A DNA stretch of 64,000 nucleotides from IMG/VR virus record IMGVR_UViG_2061766007_000671; one strand, written 5' to 3'. Shown here in pieces: positions 1-8,131 of the stretch. The DNA is from an uncultured virus (IMG/VR IMGVR_UViG_2061766007_000671) (lineage: Duplodnaviria > Heunggongvirae > Uroviricota > Caudoviricetes). The notes under the pieces were generated by a model. That model made no database searches. It was not told where the DNA came from and worked only from the letters and a program-made list of their open reading frames with translations. Positions within the stretch are counted from its first letter, which is position 1. Each line of letters begins with the position of its first letter. The position numbers and the translations under genes were made by a program.

Positions 1-228
1 ACCGAGTATCCGAGTCATAGTTTAACGGTTAAAAACATCCTGCCGATCCAACTGGTAATTGGGGCGTATGTTTTCGGACTGCGCCTGGGGTGGTTGGATG
101 CGTCCGGCTTCCCTGCCCCGAGCTGGGCGAAACAAACTGCGGCGGCTCAGTTCCAAGTGACCAAATATCGGAGCAAGATTCTAACCAGCCCTCTCCGAGG
201 CGCATCGTTTTACAACCGCCATTTATAT

Positions 229-300
229 GCCGTGGTAGCACAGGGGTCAGTGCGGCTCCCAGATAAGGAGCAGACACAGGTTCGATTCCCGTCCATGGTT
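229..300 (+). tRNA. tRNA-Ile(GAT)-like, non-canonical
   Basis: Cloverleaf: acceptor GCCGTGG/CCATGGT, D stem GCAC/GTGC, anticodon stem GCTCC/GGAGC with loop CAGATAA, T arm ACAGG-TTCGATT-CCCGT (one mismatch). A at position 33 instead of U; no encoded CCA. Confidence 0.65.
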
Positions 301-475
301 GAGACAGTAGGTGCGAATCTGTATAAAACAAACGCATCTTGGCAAGCAGGGGCTAACTGCTGCTGGTGAGGTAGTCAGGCTCACCGATCTGATGGGGACG
401 CCCATCTGGGGCCTGCGTCTGCGGGCGAACAGTATCACGCGGAGGGGCTGTATAAAGATCGCTCCGCATTTATAT

Positions 476-564
476 GCCGCCATAGCTCAACGGTAGAGCT
501 TCGGTGCGTGAAGGGATATGCACCTGAATACCCCTTGATGTCGGTTCGATTCCGGCTGGCGGTA
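476..564 (+). ncRNA. tRNA-like RNA with intact acceptor, D and T arms but no canonical anticodon arm
   Basis: GCCGCCA/TGGCGGT acceptor, TA-GCTC-AACGGTA-GAGC D arm, GTCGG-TTCGATT-CCGGC T arm; 40 nt between the D and T arms. Confidence 0.75.
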
Positions 565-1478
565 CAAATTCTCCGTGGACACGGCGCATGATATCTGCGC
601 TATGAAGTCGGATTGGGTAGGAAGTCCTGAACGATCCCAGTCAAGCCCCGATTGTCTAATTGCGGGTAGGGGGGTTATCCAAAAGCGGGGCATCACCCCC
701 AACAATCACGAGAACGCAGTAGGCCCTTCTTCTGGGATGTGTTCCTGACGCGGGGCGCGGTCTGGTCGGAATGGCTGCGCGGGGCGGGTCGTTGCAATCG
801 CCAATCTGCTGTGTACNNNNNNNNNNNNNNNNNNNNNNNNNNNNNNNNNNGTGGCTTTTCGCTTCATCGGCACCTCCTTTCTTTTTGGGGAACGCTCATC
901 GTCTATGGCGGTGGGCGTTCTTCCTATTTACAAATGCGCATGGGCGTGGTACACTACACATGGGTCATGTGGGTTCGTGGTGGTTCCCGCATGGTGTCCT
1001 TTCATACGCAGGAGGTTTTATTTTTTTCCTCCTGCGGGAGACGCTCNNNNNNNNNNNNNNNNNNNNNNNNNNNNNNNNNNNNNNNNNNNNNNACCGGGTA
1101 GGTGTCGGCATTTTCGTTCCCATTGTCAACGATTGCGGAAAAATATAAAAGAAAAAAGCCAGCGCATACGGATATATTTCCGCAAGACGCTGGCTGAGTT
1201 TAATATAAAGTCCACTTTATTTTCTCCACGAATTACACTTTAGGTATAACTACTGGAGATAAAGTGCCAAAATTGCACTTTAACATAGTACCACCCCCAC
1301 TTGCAAAATCCGAAGCCGCACTTTGGATCTGCATTTAAGGGGGTGGTTTTTATTTTTTTATAAAATTTTCCCCTCTTAACCCCAGAATATGAATAACCCA
1401 TGCCCGAGGATACTTGACATCGGGTGTATAGTGCATTCCAGCTTAGAACCTAAGACCTCATGATTCTGGAGGTGAAGC

Positions 1479-1760
1479 ATGACAATCCGAAAGATTGACC
1501 TGATGCACCGGGAGTTTGGTTTCAGCCCGGGTCACAAGTGCCAGTACTGCGACAACCTGATAGTTCAGCAGGCGAATCGCCGGTACTACAAGTGTGAGGT
1601 GTACGGCATCACGGACAGCGAGGCGAGTGACTGGCGGNNNNNNNNNNNNNNNNNNNNNNNNNNNNNNNNNNNNNNNNNNNNNNNNATCCGCCTCGTGCGA
1701 GGCACACCAAAAGTAAACGACCCAATAGAGGGGCAAGAATCTTTTTTCAGGGAGGAATAG
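1479..1760 (+). CDS. hypothetical Cys-rich phage protein (gap inside)
   Basis: GGAGGTG RBS, CxxC motif. Confidence 0.6.
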   Translation: MTIRKIDLMHREFGFSPGHKCQYCDNLIVQQANRRYYKCEVYGITDSEASDWRXXXXXXXXXXXXXXXXIRLVRGTPKVNDPIEGQESFFREE

Positions 1761-1762
1761 TA

Positions 1763-2095
1763 ATGAACGAAGTCGTACCAGATTGGGCGACCAACCCATG
1801 CGACCCCAACACTATTATCCACTGCGAGGATGTGGCTGCGGAGTGGGTGCGCAAAGCCTACAAGGAAGAGATTGATCGTTTGTGCGAAGAGAATAAGCGT
1901 CTGCGTGAAGAGAACGCCGAGCTGCGCGAGAAGTGCAAGACGAACTTCGACCGGCTGAAAGATGCAACGGCTGTGGAGGCATCCCGCGCATTAGCCCATT
2001 TAGTCAAGACTATATCTCCTAAAGAAATTCTCACCTGGCTTAATGGCAATCAATACTTTGATACCACCTGGTATGGAGCGGAGGAGAAAAAATGA
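1763..2095 (+). CDS. hypothetical coiled-coil protein
   Basis: GGAGG RBS; tightly packed operon. Confidence 0.65.
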   Translation: MNEVVPDWATNPCDPNTIIHCEDVAAEWVRKAYKEEIDRLCEENKRLREENAELREKCKTNFDRLKDATAVEASRALAHLVKTISPKEILTWLNGNQYFDTTWYGAEEKK

Positions 2096-2289
2096 CTGAG
2101 CAGGATCTTGAAATTCAAAAACTCCGCCAGCAGAACGCGGAGCTGAGGAAGACGCTGAAAGCTGCGCTCAAGGATTTGGACTTTGTTCTATGTCAATTTG
2201 AGATGTGCCAAATCTGCGCCTACGCCGACTCCGACTGCAACCCTGACTATGGTGACAAGTGCGTTCCAAAGTGGAGGGGACTCGTTTGA
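2092..2289 (+). CDS. hypothetical Cys-rich protein
   Basis: ATGA overlap with previous gene, GGAG RBS. Confidence 0.6.
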   Translation: MTEQDLEIQKLRQQNAELRKTLKAALKDLDFVLCQFEMCQICAYADSDCNPDYGDKCVPKWRGLV

Positions 2290-2963
2290 AAGAGTGCTGT
2301 GCCAACTGCAAACTCCATCTGCGGCTGGTCAAGTTCGATTACTCCGGCAAGGGCTGTAAGCACGCGGATATGGATGGATATATATGCATGGCATTTGCAA
2401 CGCCGGAGTCTGGTGAGCCGCCGGTAGCGATTTGGATGGTCGGCAATGATGAAAATATGGATATGTGCGAATGCTTTCAGCAAAAAGAGGAAATGAAATG
2501 GCCCAAAAATCAAAAGTGAATCCCCATAAGATTCCTAAGACCCAGGCCGATGTAGACAAGGCATACGACCTTGGCGTGGAAGCCGGGGGAAAGATGGTTC
2601 TCGATCTGTTGGTGTACACCATCGGCTGCGANNNNNNNNNNNNNNNNNNNNNNNNNNNNNNNNNNNNNNAACATGGACTGCCACATCAACGGAGAGCTTA
2701 CCGCTTACGATATGCGGAAGACCACTTATTTTGAAAAAGGATGGGAGGTAGAACTCAAATGATTACCAACGACCCCAATACTATCCCCGGTACTGGCACT
2801 GCCTGCAACTTCACCACCGCCTGCGCTTACAAACTCCCCTGCGGTCTGTGCCGCCTGCTGANNNNNNNNNNNNNNNNNNNATCGTACCCCAATATCACAT
2901 GGACGGCGAGTGACCACACCATTACTAATCCCGTCACTGGGGCTACAAAGGCGGTGATGAACA

Positions 2964-3194
2964 ATGAGTGATGGATGGAACAACCCAGCGGAGAAAATGC
3001 CGGACGCCTTTGAGAGCGTTCAGGTGTTTATCCCCACGCAGTTTCCGTTCCCTACGGTGCGAGAGGGGTACATCTTTGAGAAAGACGATAAGCCCTACGC
3101 ATGGTATGTCCCCGCCCTGCGTGAGAAGTTTCCCCTTGAGGACTTCATCGTGGCGTGGAAGCCTCTCAGTAAACCGCCGGAGTGGAAGCTATGA
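2964..3194 (+). CDS. DUF551-like phage protein
   Basis: W..P.E.MP start and VAWKPL.KPP end typical of DUF551. Confidence 0.6.
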   Translation: MSDGWNNPAEKMPDAFESVQVFIPTQFPFPTVREGYIFEKDDKPYAWYVPALREKFPLEDFIVAWKPLSKPPEWKL

Positions 3195-3442
3195 GAGATA
3201 AGGATAGAATCCGTCCCATCTGCGAACGCCTTGCAACGGCGTGGGAGCGATTTCCAGATATGCGCCTGGGACAGCTCATCTGCAACGCATACAACGGAGT
3301 CATGCGAGACCCTTTTTACATTGAGGATGAAAAGCTTATAGAGATGATAGAGGAGTTCGTGAAGGTCACACCCTATCATCCGCCCACATGGGCGCAGGAC
3401 TATCGGGACGAAGAACCCATCGGCGGGTTTCATGACGATTAA
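3191..3442 (+). CDS. hypothetical phage protein (MRDKDRI...PDMRLGQLI type)
   Basis: Recurrent phage protein motif; ATGA overlap. Confidence 0.6.
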   Translation: MRDKDRIRPICERLATAWERFPDMRLGQLICNAYNGVMRDPFYIEDEKLIEMIEEFVKVTPYHPPTWAQDYRDEEPIGGFHDD

Positions 3443-3456
3443 GGGAGGGATGATTA

Positions 3457-3798
3457 TTGGACGAGGAAAAAGAAACCATAGAGATCTATAACGCAATGGC
3501 GTGGGCAAAGCACTGGTGGCAGTGGTGGTACACAGTAACATATGTGGATACCAAGGACTTCAAGGGCGACTATATTCTTGACCGCCACGGCGTCACTCCC
3601 AAATTCCTCAATGATTTCGTGAAGCCGGGGTGCGACTACATCATTGTGACGGCCAAGATTCCATCGAGACAGATGGACGAATTTCTTGAGTCTATGGACG
3701 AACTCCAAAGGCTCATGCTTATCTCCGGCGATCTTGAATACGAAGCGTTTTGCCGAGAAGTTCAGAGATGGTTTGAGGAGGGCTTGCCCAATGACTGA
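3457..3798 (+). CDS. hypothetical protein
   Basis: ORF with GGGAGG RBS in the operon. Confidence 0.55.
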   Translation: MDEEKETIEIYNAMAWAKHWWQWWYTVTYVDTKDFKGDYILDRHGVTPKFLNDFVKPGCDYIIVTAKIPSRQMDEFLESMDELQRLMLISGDLEYEAFCREVQRWFEEGLPND

Positions 3799-4009
3799 TA
3801 ATGAATTGAAAGCCGCTGCGGTCGGCATTATCACTTACGTCTCCATGATCCAGACCGATGACGTGCCGGAGATTTCGCCGGAGGGATGGATGGAGAGCGG
3901 AGCGTTTCTTGATAACGTCACGTTCGACAAGGCGCTGGAACTGTGCTCACTCATTGACCTTGATAACATCGAACTCTATGAAGAAGAGGACGAGGACGAT
4001 GACTGGTGA
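3791..4009 (+). CDS. hypothetical acidic protein
   Basis: GAGGAGG RBS; overlaps neighbours. Confidence 0.55.
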   Translation: MTDNELKAAAVGIITYVSMIQTDDVPEISPEGWMESGAFLDNVTFDKALELCSLIDLDNIELYEEEDEDDDW

Positions 4010-4193
4010 GGAATACGCCAGGAAGAAACGCCGGGAGCAGTGGCGTCGTTACTATGAGCGAAACCGGGATAAGCGCCTTGAGTATTACCGTGAGTGGCGA
4101 GATAAAAACCGAGAAAAAGTCAGAGCCTATCACACGGCCTATATGCGGGAGTACAGAAAGAAAAACGAAAAAAATCCCGACGAAAACGAATAG
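3999..4193 (+). CDS. hypothetical basic helical protein (Y..WR.KNREK repeats)
   Basis: Last ORF before the terminator. Confidence 0.55.
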   Translation: MTGEEYARKKRREQWRRYYERNRDKRLEYYREWRDKNREKVRAYHTAYMREYRKKNEKNPDENE

Positions 4194-4199
4194 CAATAT

Positions 4200-4230
4200 G
4201 CCCAAAGATTTCGGTCTTTGGGCTTTTATT
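4200..4230 (+). terminator. rho-independent terminator
   Basis: GCCCAAAGA-TTTCGG-TCTTTGGGC followed by TTTTATT. Confidence 0.75.
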
Positions 4231-4233
4231 ATG

Positions 4234-4300
4234 CCGTGCAGACGGGATTTTCTGCACGGTTTCTGCACGGAGACCCATTTTCTGCACGGTTTCTGCACGG
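4234..4300. repeat. four direct TTCTGCACGG repeats plus one inverted copy (integrase arm-type-like sites)
   Basis: Copies at 4250, 4261, 4280, 4291; 24-mer ATTTTCTGCACGGTTTCTGCACGG at 4247 and 4277; inverted CCGTGCAGA at 4234. Confidence 0.8.
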
Positions 4301-4315
4301 CAGAATTGCGCACTT

Positions 4316-4528
4316 TTACTCATTTTTGCGTACCATATTTGTGTTAAATGACGAATTTCGCAGAAAAACCTTTTTTGCCTTGTCCATATTCGACAACAAC
4401 TGCGCATCAAGGTAGATAGAATATCCATCGTCCTCTGCATTGGGCATTACCATACCGCCGCCTGTTCCATTGTCGTGTGGGAACGGAACGAATCTTACGC
4501 AATAGTCAGCGTCGGGAATAAGAGTCAA
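4316..4528 (-). pseudogene. ImmA/IrrE-like antirepressor protease, frameshifted at its HExxH motif
   Basis: GMVMPN.DDGYSIYLDA is a typical ImmA-like N-terminus; EIRHL continues in another frame after KKVFL; starts overlapping the repressor stop (TTGA). Confidence 0.6.
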
Positions 4529-4926
4529 TCGCCATCATCTCCTCTAAGGTCAGAAATCCAGTCGGCCAGACGCAGAACCTGCGCCTCGGTCATTGTCTTT
4601 GTTGCGGAGAGCAGCGCCCTGCGCCCCGGCTGATTCCGAAGCGCCTCAAGTGCGGCTTACAGTCCAGTTTCTTCCTTGGGCGACGCCTCCTTCTCAACCT
4701 CTATTATAGGTTCACTTTCCGTTGTAACTGGCACTCCATTGCCAAGCAGGTCACTCACTCCAACGCCGAAGTGGTCTGCGATCCGCAACAAGACCGCATA
4801 CCTCGGCATCGCCCCCTTTGACCACCTGGTTGCGGCAGATCTGTCAACCCCAACATCAATAGCTACCCTCGTTGGCGGCTCACCCCTCTCATTGCATAGC
4901 CGGATGTAGTTGTCATAAAAGCCCAT
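4525..4926 (-). pseudogene. CI/ImmR-like XRE repressor with premature TAA at 4657-4659
   Basis: XRE HTH (RVAIDVGVDRSAATRW...IADHFGVGVSDLL); the frame continues past TAA as AALEALRNQPGRRALLSATKTMTEAQVLRLADWISDLRGDDGD to a TGA overlapping the immA-like start. Confidence 0.75.
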
Positions 4927-4983
4927 AACACACGCTCCTTTTTGTACACAATGCCGAAATTGCGTATAACGCACTAAGGCCCC

Positions 4984-5012
4984 TTGACAGCTTGGGATTG
5001 CTGTGTTATAGT
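4984..5012 (+). promoter_or_regulatory. sigmaA-type rightward (lytic) promoter
   Basis: TTGACA-N17-TATAGT between the divergent cI and cro; palindrome TGCGT-ATA-ACGCA just upstream. Confidence 0.7.
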
Positions 5013-5182
5013 CAATGGCGTAATCACGAAACGCAATAAACCCAGAAGCCCCAACGAAATCCGTTCGCGCATTGTGTGTTCTTTATTATGTCTGGCGACA
5101 TCATAGTAACACAAATGTCCCACGGATGCAACCCCAAAATGTTGGGAGATGTGTGAATTGCGACACAAAATAGAGAGGAGGT

Positions 5183-5392
5183 GTGAATTTGGATTTCCCC
5201 GCATTTCGCAAGGCGGTAAAACACAAGCTGATTGACCTTGACAAGACCCAAACATGGCTGTGCCAGGAGGTCAGCAGGCGAAGCGGTCGGTATTGCGATT
5301 CCAATACGCTCAAAAAAATCTACGACGGGAAGTTGCCGGGGTCAGCAGTTATCCCAGTTATTCGGGAAATCCTTGACCTGCCCGAAGAGTAA
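5183..5392 (+). CDS. Cro-like HTH regulator
   Basis: Divergent from the repressor; GAGGAGG RBS; small XRE-like protein. Confidence 0.75.
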   Translation: MNLDFPAFRKAVKHKLIDLDKTQTWLCQEVSRRSGRYCDSNTLKKIYDGKLPGSAVIPVIREILDLPEE

Positions 5393-5440
5393 CACCACTA
5401 ATGTCCGTTAAGACGGACTGCGAAGAAAGGAAGTGAAATC

Positions 5441-6226
5441 TTGACCATTTCCGTGGATGCGGAATTTGAGAACCTATGCCCGCCCTTAACAAAAGAAGAG
5501 TTCTCCCAACTTGAGAAGAACATCTTGGAAGAGGGCGAGTGCCACGACCCCATCTGTCTTTGGAACGGGCTGATAGTTGACGGTCATAACCGCTGGCGAA
5601 TCATCCAGAGCCACCCTGACATTGGGTATGAGACAAGAGAGATGGTTTTTCTCTCGCGGAACGATGCGATGGCGTGGATAATCCGCAATCAGCTTGGGCG
5701 CAGAAATCTGCCCAACTATGAAAGAGCAAGGCTTGCGCTCCGGCTGAAAGAAACGATTGCGGCAGAGGCAAAGGAAAAACAGCGTGAAGCTGGCGGAGCG
5801 GTTCGTCAGAAATCTGACAAAGCGGTTATAGACACCAAGAAGGAACTCGCCAAGGTTGCCGGGGTATCCCATGACACCATGCACAAGGTGGATGTGATTG
5901 AACAGAAAGCCCCAGAAGAGGTTAAAGACCAGCTTCGCCGTGGTGAGGTAAGCATCAATAAGGCGTACAACGAGATTCGTGACGCCGAGAAAGTACAGCC
6001 TCGCGTTGAGGAAGCGCCACCCAATCCGTCTCCTACTCCAAAATACACAGTCGATGATCTTCTCTTGGAGATTGGAAAGAACGCAGATGCTTTTGTCGGA
6101 TTTCTCCGAAGCGCACTCGCAGTAAGGAACGGTCTGTATCAGGATGCCGACAACCGAAAGAAAGTATTTGATGCGGTTCATTCCGTATCAAAAAGAATAA
6201 CCGAGATAGAAAGCCTACTGAAATAA
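5441..6226 (+). CDS. ParB/Srx-like N-terminal domain plus HTH protein
   Basis: PPLT.EEF.QLE.NI..EG..DPI..W...IVDGHNR, NQLGRRNL, HTH ELAKVAGVSHDT. Confidence 0.75.
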   Translation: MTISVDAEFENLCPPLTKEEFSQLEKNILEEGECHDPICLWNGLIVDGHNRWRIIQSHPDIGYETREMVFLSRNDAMAWIIRNQLGRRNLPNYERARLALRLKETIAAEAKEKQREAGGAVRQKSDKAVIDTKKELAKVAGVSHDTMHKVDVIEQKAPEEVKDQLRRGEVSINKAYNEIRDAEKVQPRVEEAPPNPSPTPKYTVDDLLLEIGKNADAFVGFLRSALAVRNGLYQDADNRKKVFDAVHSVSKRITEIESLLK

Positions 6227-6239
6227 GAAAGGAAGAGCT

Positions 6240-7058
6240 ATGTACACAGTAGTTGAGCTTATCACCCCTGAGATCGCCAAAGAGTATCTCAAGAGAAACA
6301 CGAAGAACCGCAAGATCAAGAAAGGCGCTGTCACCCGGTACGCCAATGACATGAAGGCTGGTAAATGGCAGCTTACCCCGCAGGGCATTTCTTTCCACGA
6401 GAACGGATCGCTTGGCGACGGTCAGCATCGCCTGTTGGCGGTTATCGAAAGCGATACGCCCACTCTCATGAATGTCACTTATGACGTTCCGAACGATGTC
6501 ACTCTGTTCGACCGTGGAGTTGTCCGCAGTACGCCGGACATCCTAACCCTCAATGGTCTTGACCCTGACGTGGCCAACAACTCCGTCGTCGGATGCGTGA
6601 ACTTCCTGTTTTGCAACGCAAAAGGAAGAACACCTACGGAGTCTATCGTTTCCGACTTTTGTGAAGAGAACAGGGAGTACCTTGTCAAAGCAAACCGGGT
6701 TGTCCTTTCCGGCAACGGAGACCGCCTTTGCACAAAAGCCCCAGTCATTGCCGCCGCTTTCTGTGCCCTGTACAGCGGGCTAAGTGAAGAAGGTCTCCGG
6801 GACTTCTTCAATGTTGTCAACACGGGCTTTTACTCCGGCGGCGGTAAGACTTCTGCGATTGTTCTCCGCAACTATATCACCCGCGAGTACGGTAAAAACA
6901 CATGGGAACAGCGCAGATTGCTTTTTGAGATGACTACCCTGGCAATCCATGATTTTGCCCGTGGCGTAGGTCGGACGAAAAAGTACAAGCTCGGCACAAC
7001 CCCCATGTTCTGGCGGTTTGTCAAAAGAAACGCCATTGATAAGTATGCGGTATCGTAA
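6240..7058 (+). CDS. ParB-like DGQHR-motif protein
   Basis: ITPE.AKEYL..N..NR...V..YA.DM..GKW...I.F...G.L.DGQHRL.A. Confidence 0.7.
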   Translation: MYTVVELITPEIAKEYLKRNTKNRKIKKGAVTRYANDMKAGKWQLTPQGISFHENGSLGDGQHRLLAVIESDTPTLMNVTYDVPNDVTLFDRGVVRSTPDILTLNGLDPDVANNSVVGCVNFLFCNAKGRTPTESIVSDFCEENREYLVKANRVVLSGNGDRLCTKAPVIAAAFCALYSGLSEEGLRDFFNVVNTGFYSGGGKTSAIVLRNYITREYGKNTWEQRRLLFEMTTLAIHDFARGVGRTKKYKLGTTPMFWRFVKRNAIDKYAVS

Positions 7059-7061
7059 GCC

Positions 7062-7292
7062 ATGCCGAGAGTTTCGCTGAACTCAGACCGACCGATTCGT
7101 GAGCGGCATCAAATCCTCTATGAACGCTACGGCGGGTTCATGACCACGGCTGACATGATGAAAGANNNNNNNNNNNNNNAAGTTTACCGCCAATCTCCCG
7201 TCCTACTCCCCCACGGGGAAAAAGATGTTCGACATCATGGATGTGGCAAGAAAACTGGAATTGGGGCGGAAGCCCCCAGAGGTAACACCATG
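7062..7292 (+). CDS. small putative DNA-binding/excisionase-like protein (gap inside)
   Basis: Size and position after the cro region; YGGFMTTADM resembles a winged-helix start. Confidence 0.35.
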
Positions 7293-7505
7293 AACTATGT
7301 CTTCGATTTCAACCGAGTCCACGCCACCAGACCGTGGGACAGCCCATACGGATCGCCCTTTGACAAACAGGGGCGAGACCGCAGGCAGAAAGTCGCCGAC
7401 CAGCGCGACATAGACGAGTGCCTTGAATGCCCCAAGCCGGAATGCACCAACTGTAAGCGGTTCGCTTGTTATCGTTACGGATATGTCCAGCAGAAAGCGT
7501 GACAA

Positions 7506-8119
7506 ATGGGAACGGTTTACGAGGAACACAACAGCCGTGATGAATGGCTGAACGCAAGGGTCGGTCATATCGGGGCGTCAGAAGCGGGAGCGATCCTCGG
7601 CTACGGCTTCATGTCCAAGATGGACTTGTGGAAGCTGAAGACCGGGAGAGCCAAGGCGAAAGACTTGGCCGACAACGAATCCGTATCCTACGGCAACCGG
7701 GCAGAGGATGCGCTCCGGGAACTGTTCATGGCGAAGCACCCAGAACTCCAGCTGTTCTACCGCCCTTACGATTTTGTTTATCAGGAGGAGCGTCCGTGGC
7801 TGAGAGCCACACTGGACGGAGAGTTGATAGACGATGACGGCGACCGTGGCATCTTNNNNNNNNNNNNNNNNNNNNNNNNNGGAACGGAAGAGTGCCGGAC
7901 GGTTATCTCTGCCAGATCTCACACCAACTGCTTGCTACGGAAGCCAAGTATGTCTATCTGTTCGCTGAATTGATCGGCAATACGGAATCCGTTATCAGGG
8001 AGTATCTGTTTCTCCGTGAAGACATGGAGGACAACATGGAGTATCTGCTTCATGAAGAGGAAAAGTTTTGGAAGTCTGTGGAGACGGATACCATACCGTC
8101 AGCACCGCTGAGAATATAG
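7506..8119 (+). CDS. YqaJ-like (lambda exo-type) viral recombination exonuclease
   Basis: EWL.AR...IGASEA..ILG, G.R.E, RATLDG, Y.CQ..HQL; split by a gap. Confidence 0.85.
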
Positions 8120-8131
8120 GAAGGAAGAAAC

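Noticed and set aside
55..140. HDV-like (theta) ribozyme near the tRNAs, suggested by GGGCGAA motifs and nested pairings
   Set aside because: Could not fit canonical P3/L3/P1.1 lengths by eye; left to a covariance-model search
4234..4300. CRISPR array
   Set aside because: Repeats are 10 bp with 1-9 bp spacing, there are no spacer-sized unique sequences and no cas genes
5441..7058. ParABS partition system or a complete Dnd phosphorothioation cluster
   Set aside because: No ParA ATPase or DndC/D/E genes in the window, and the desulfurase is 45 kb away
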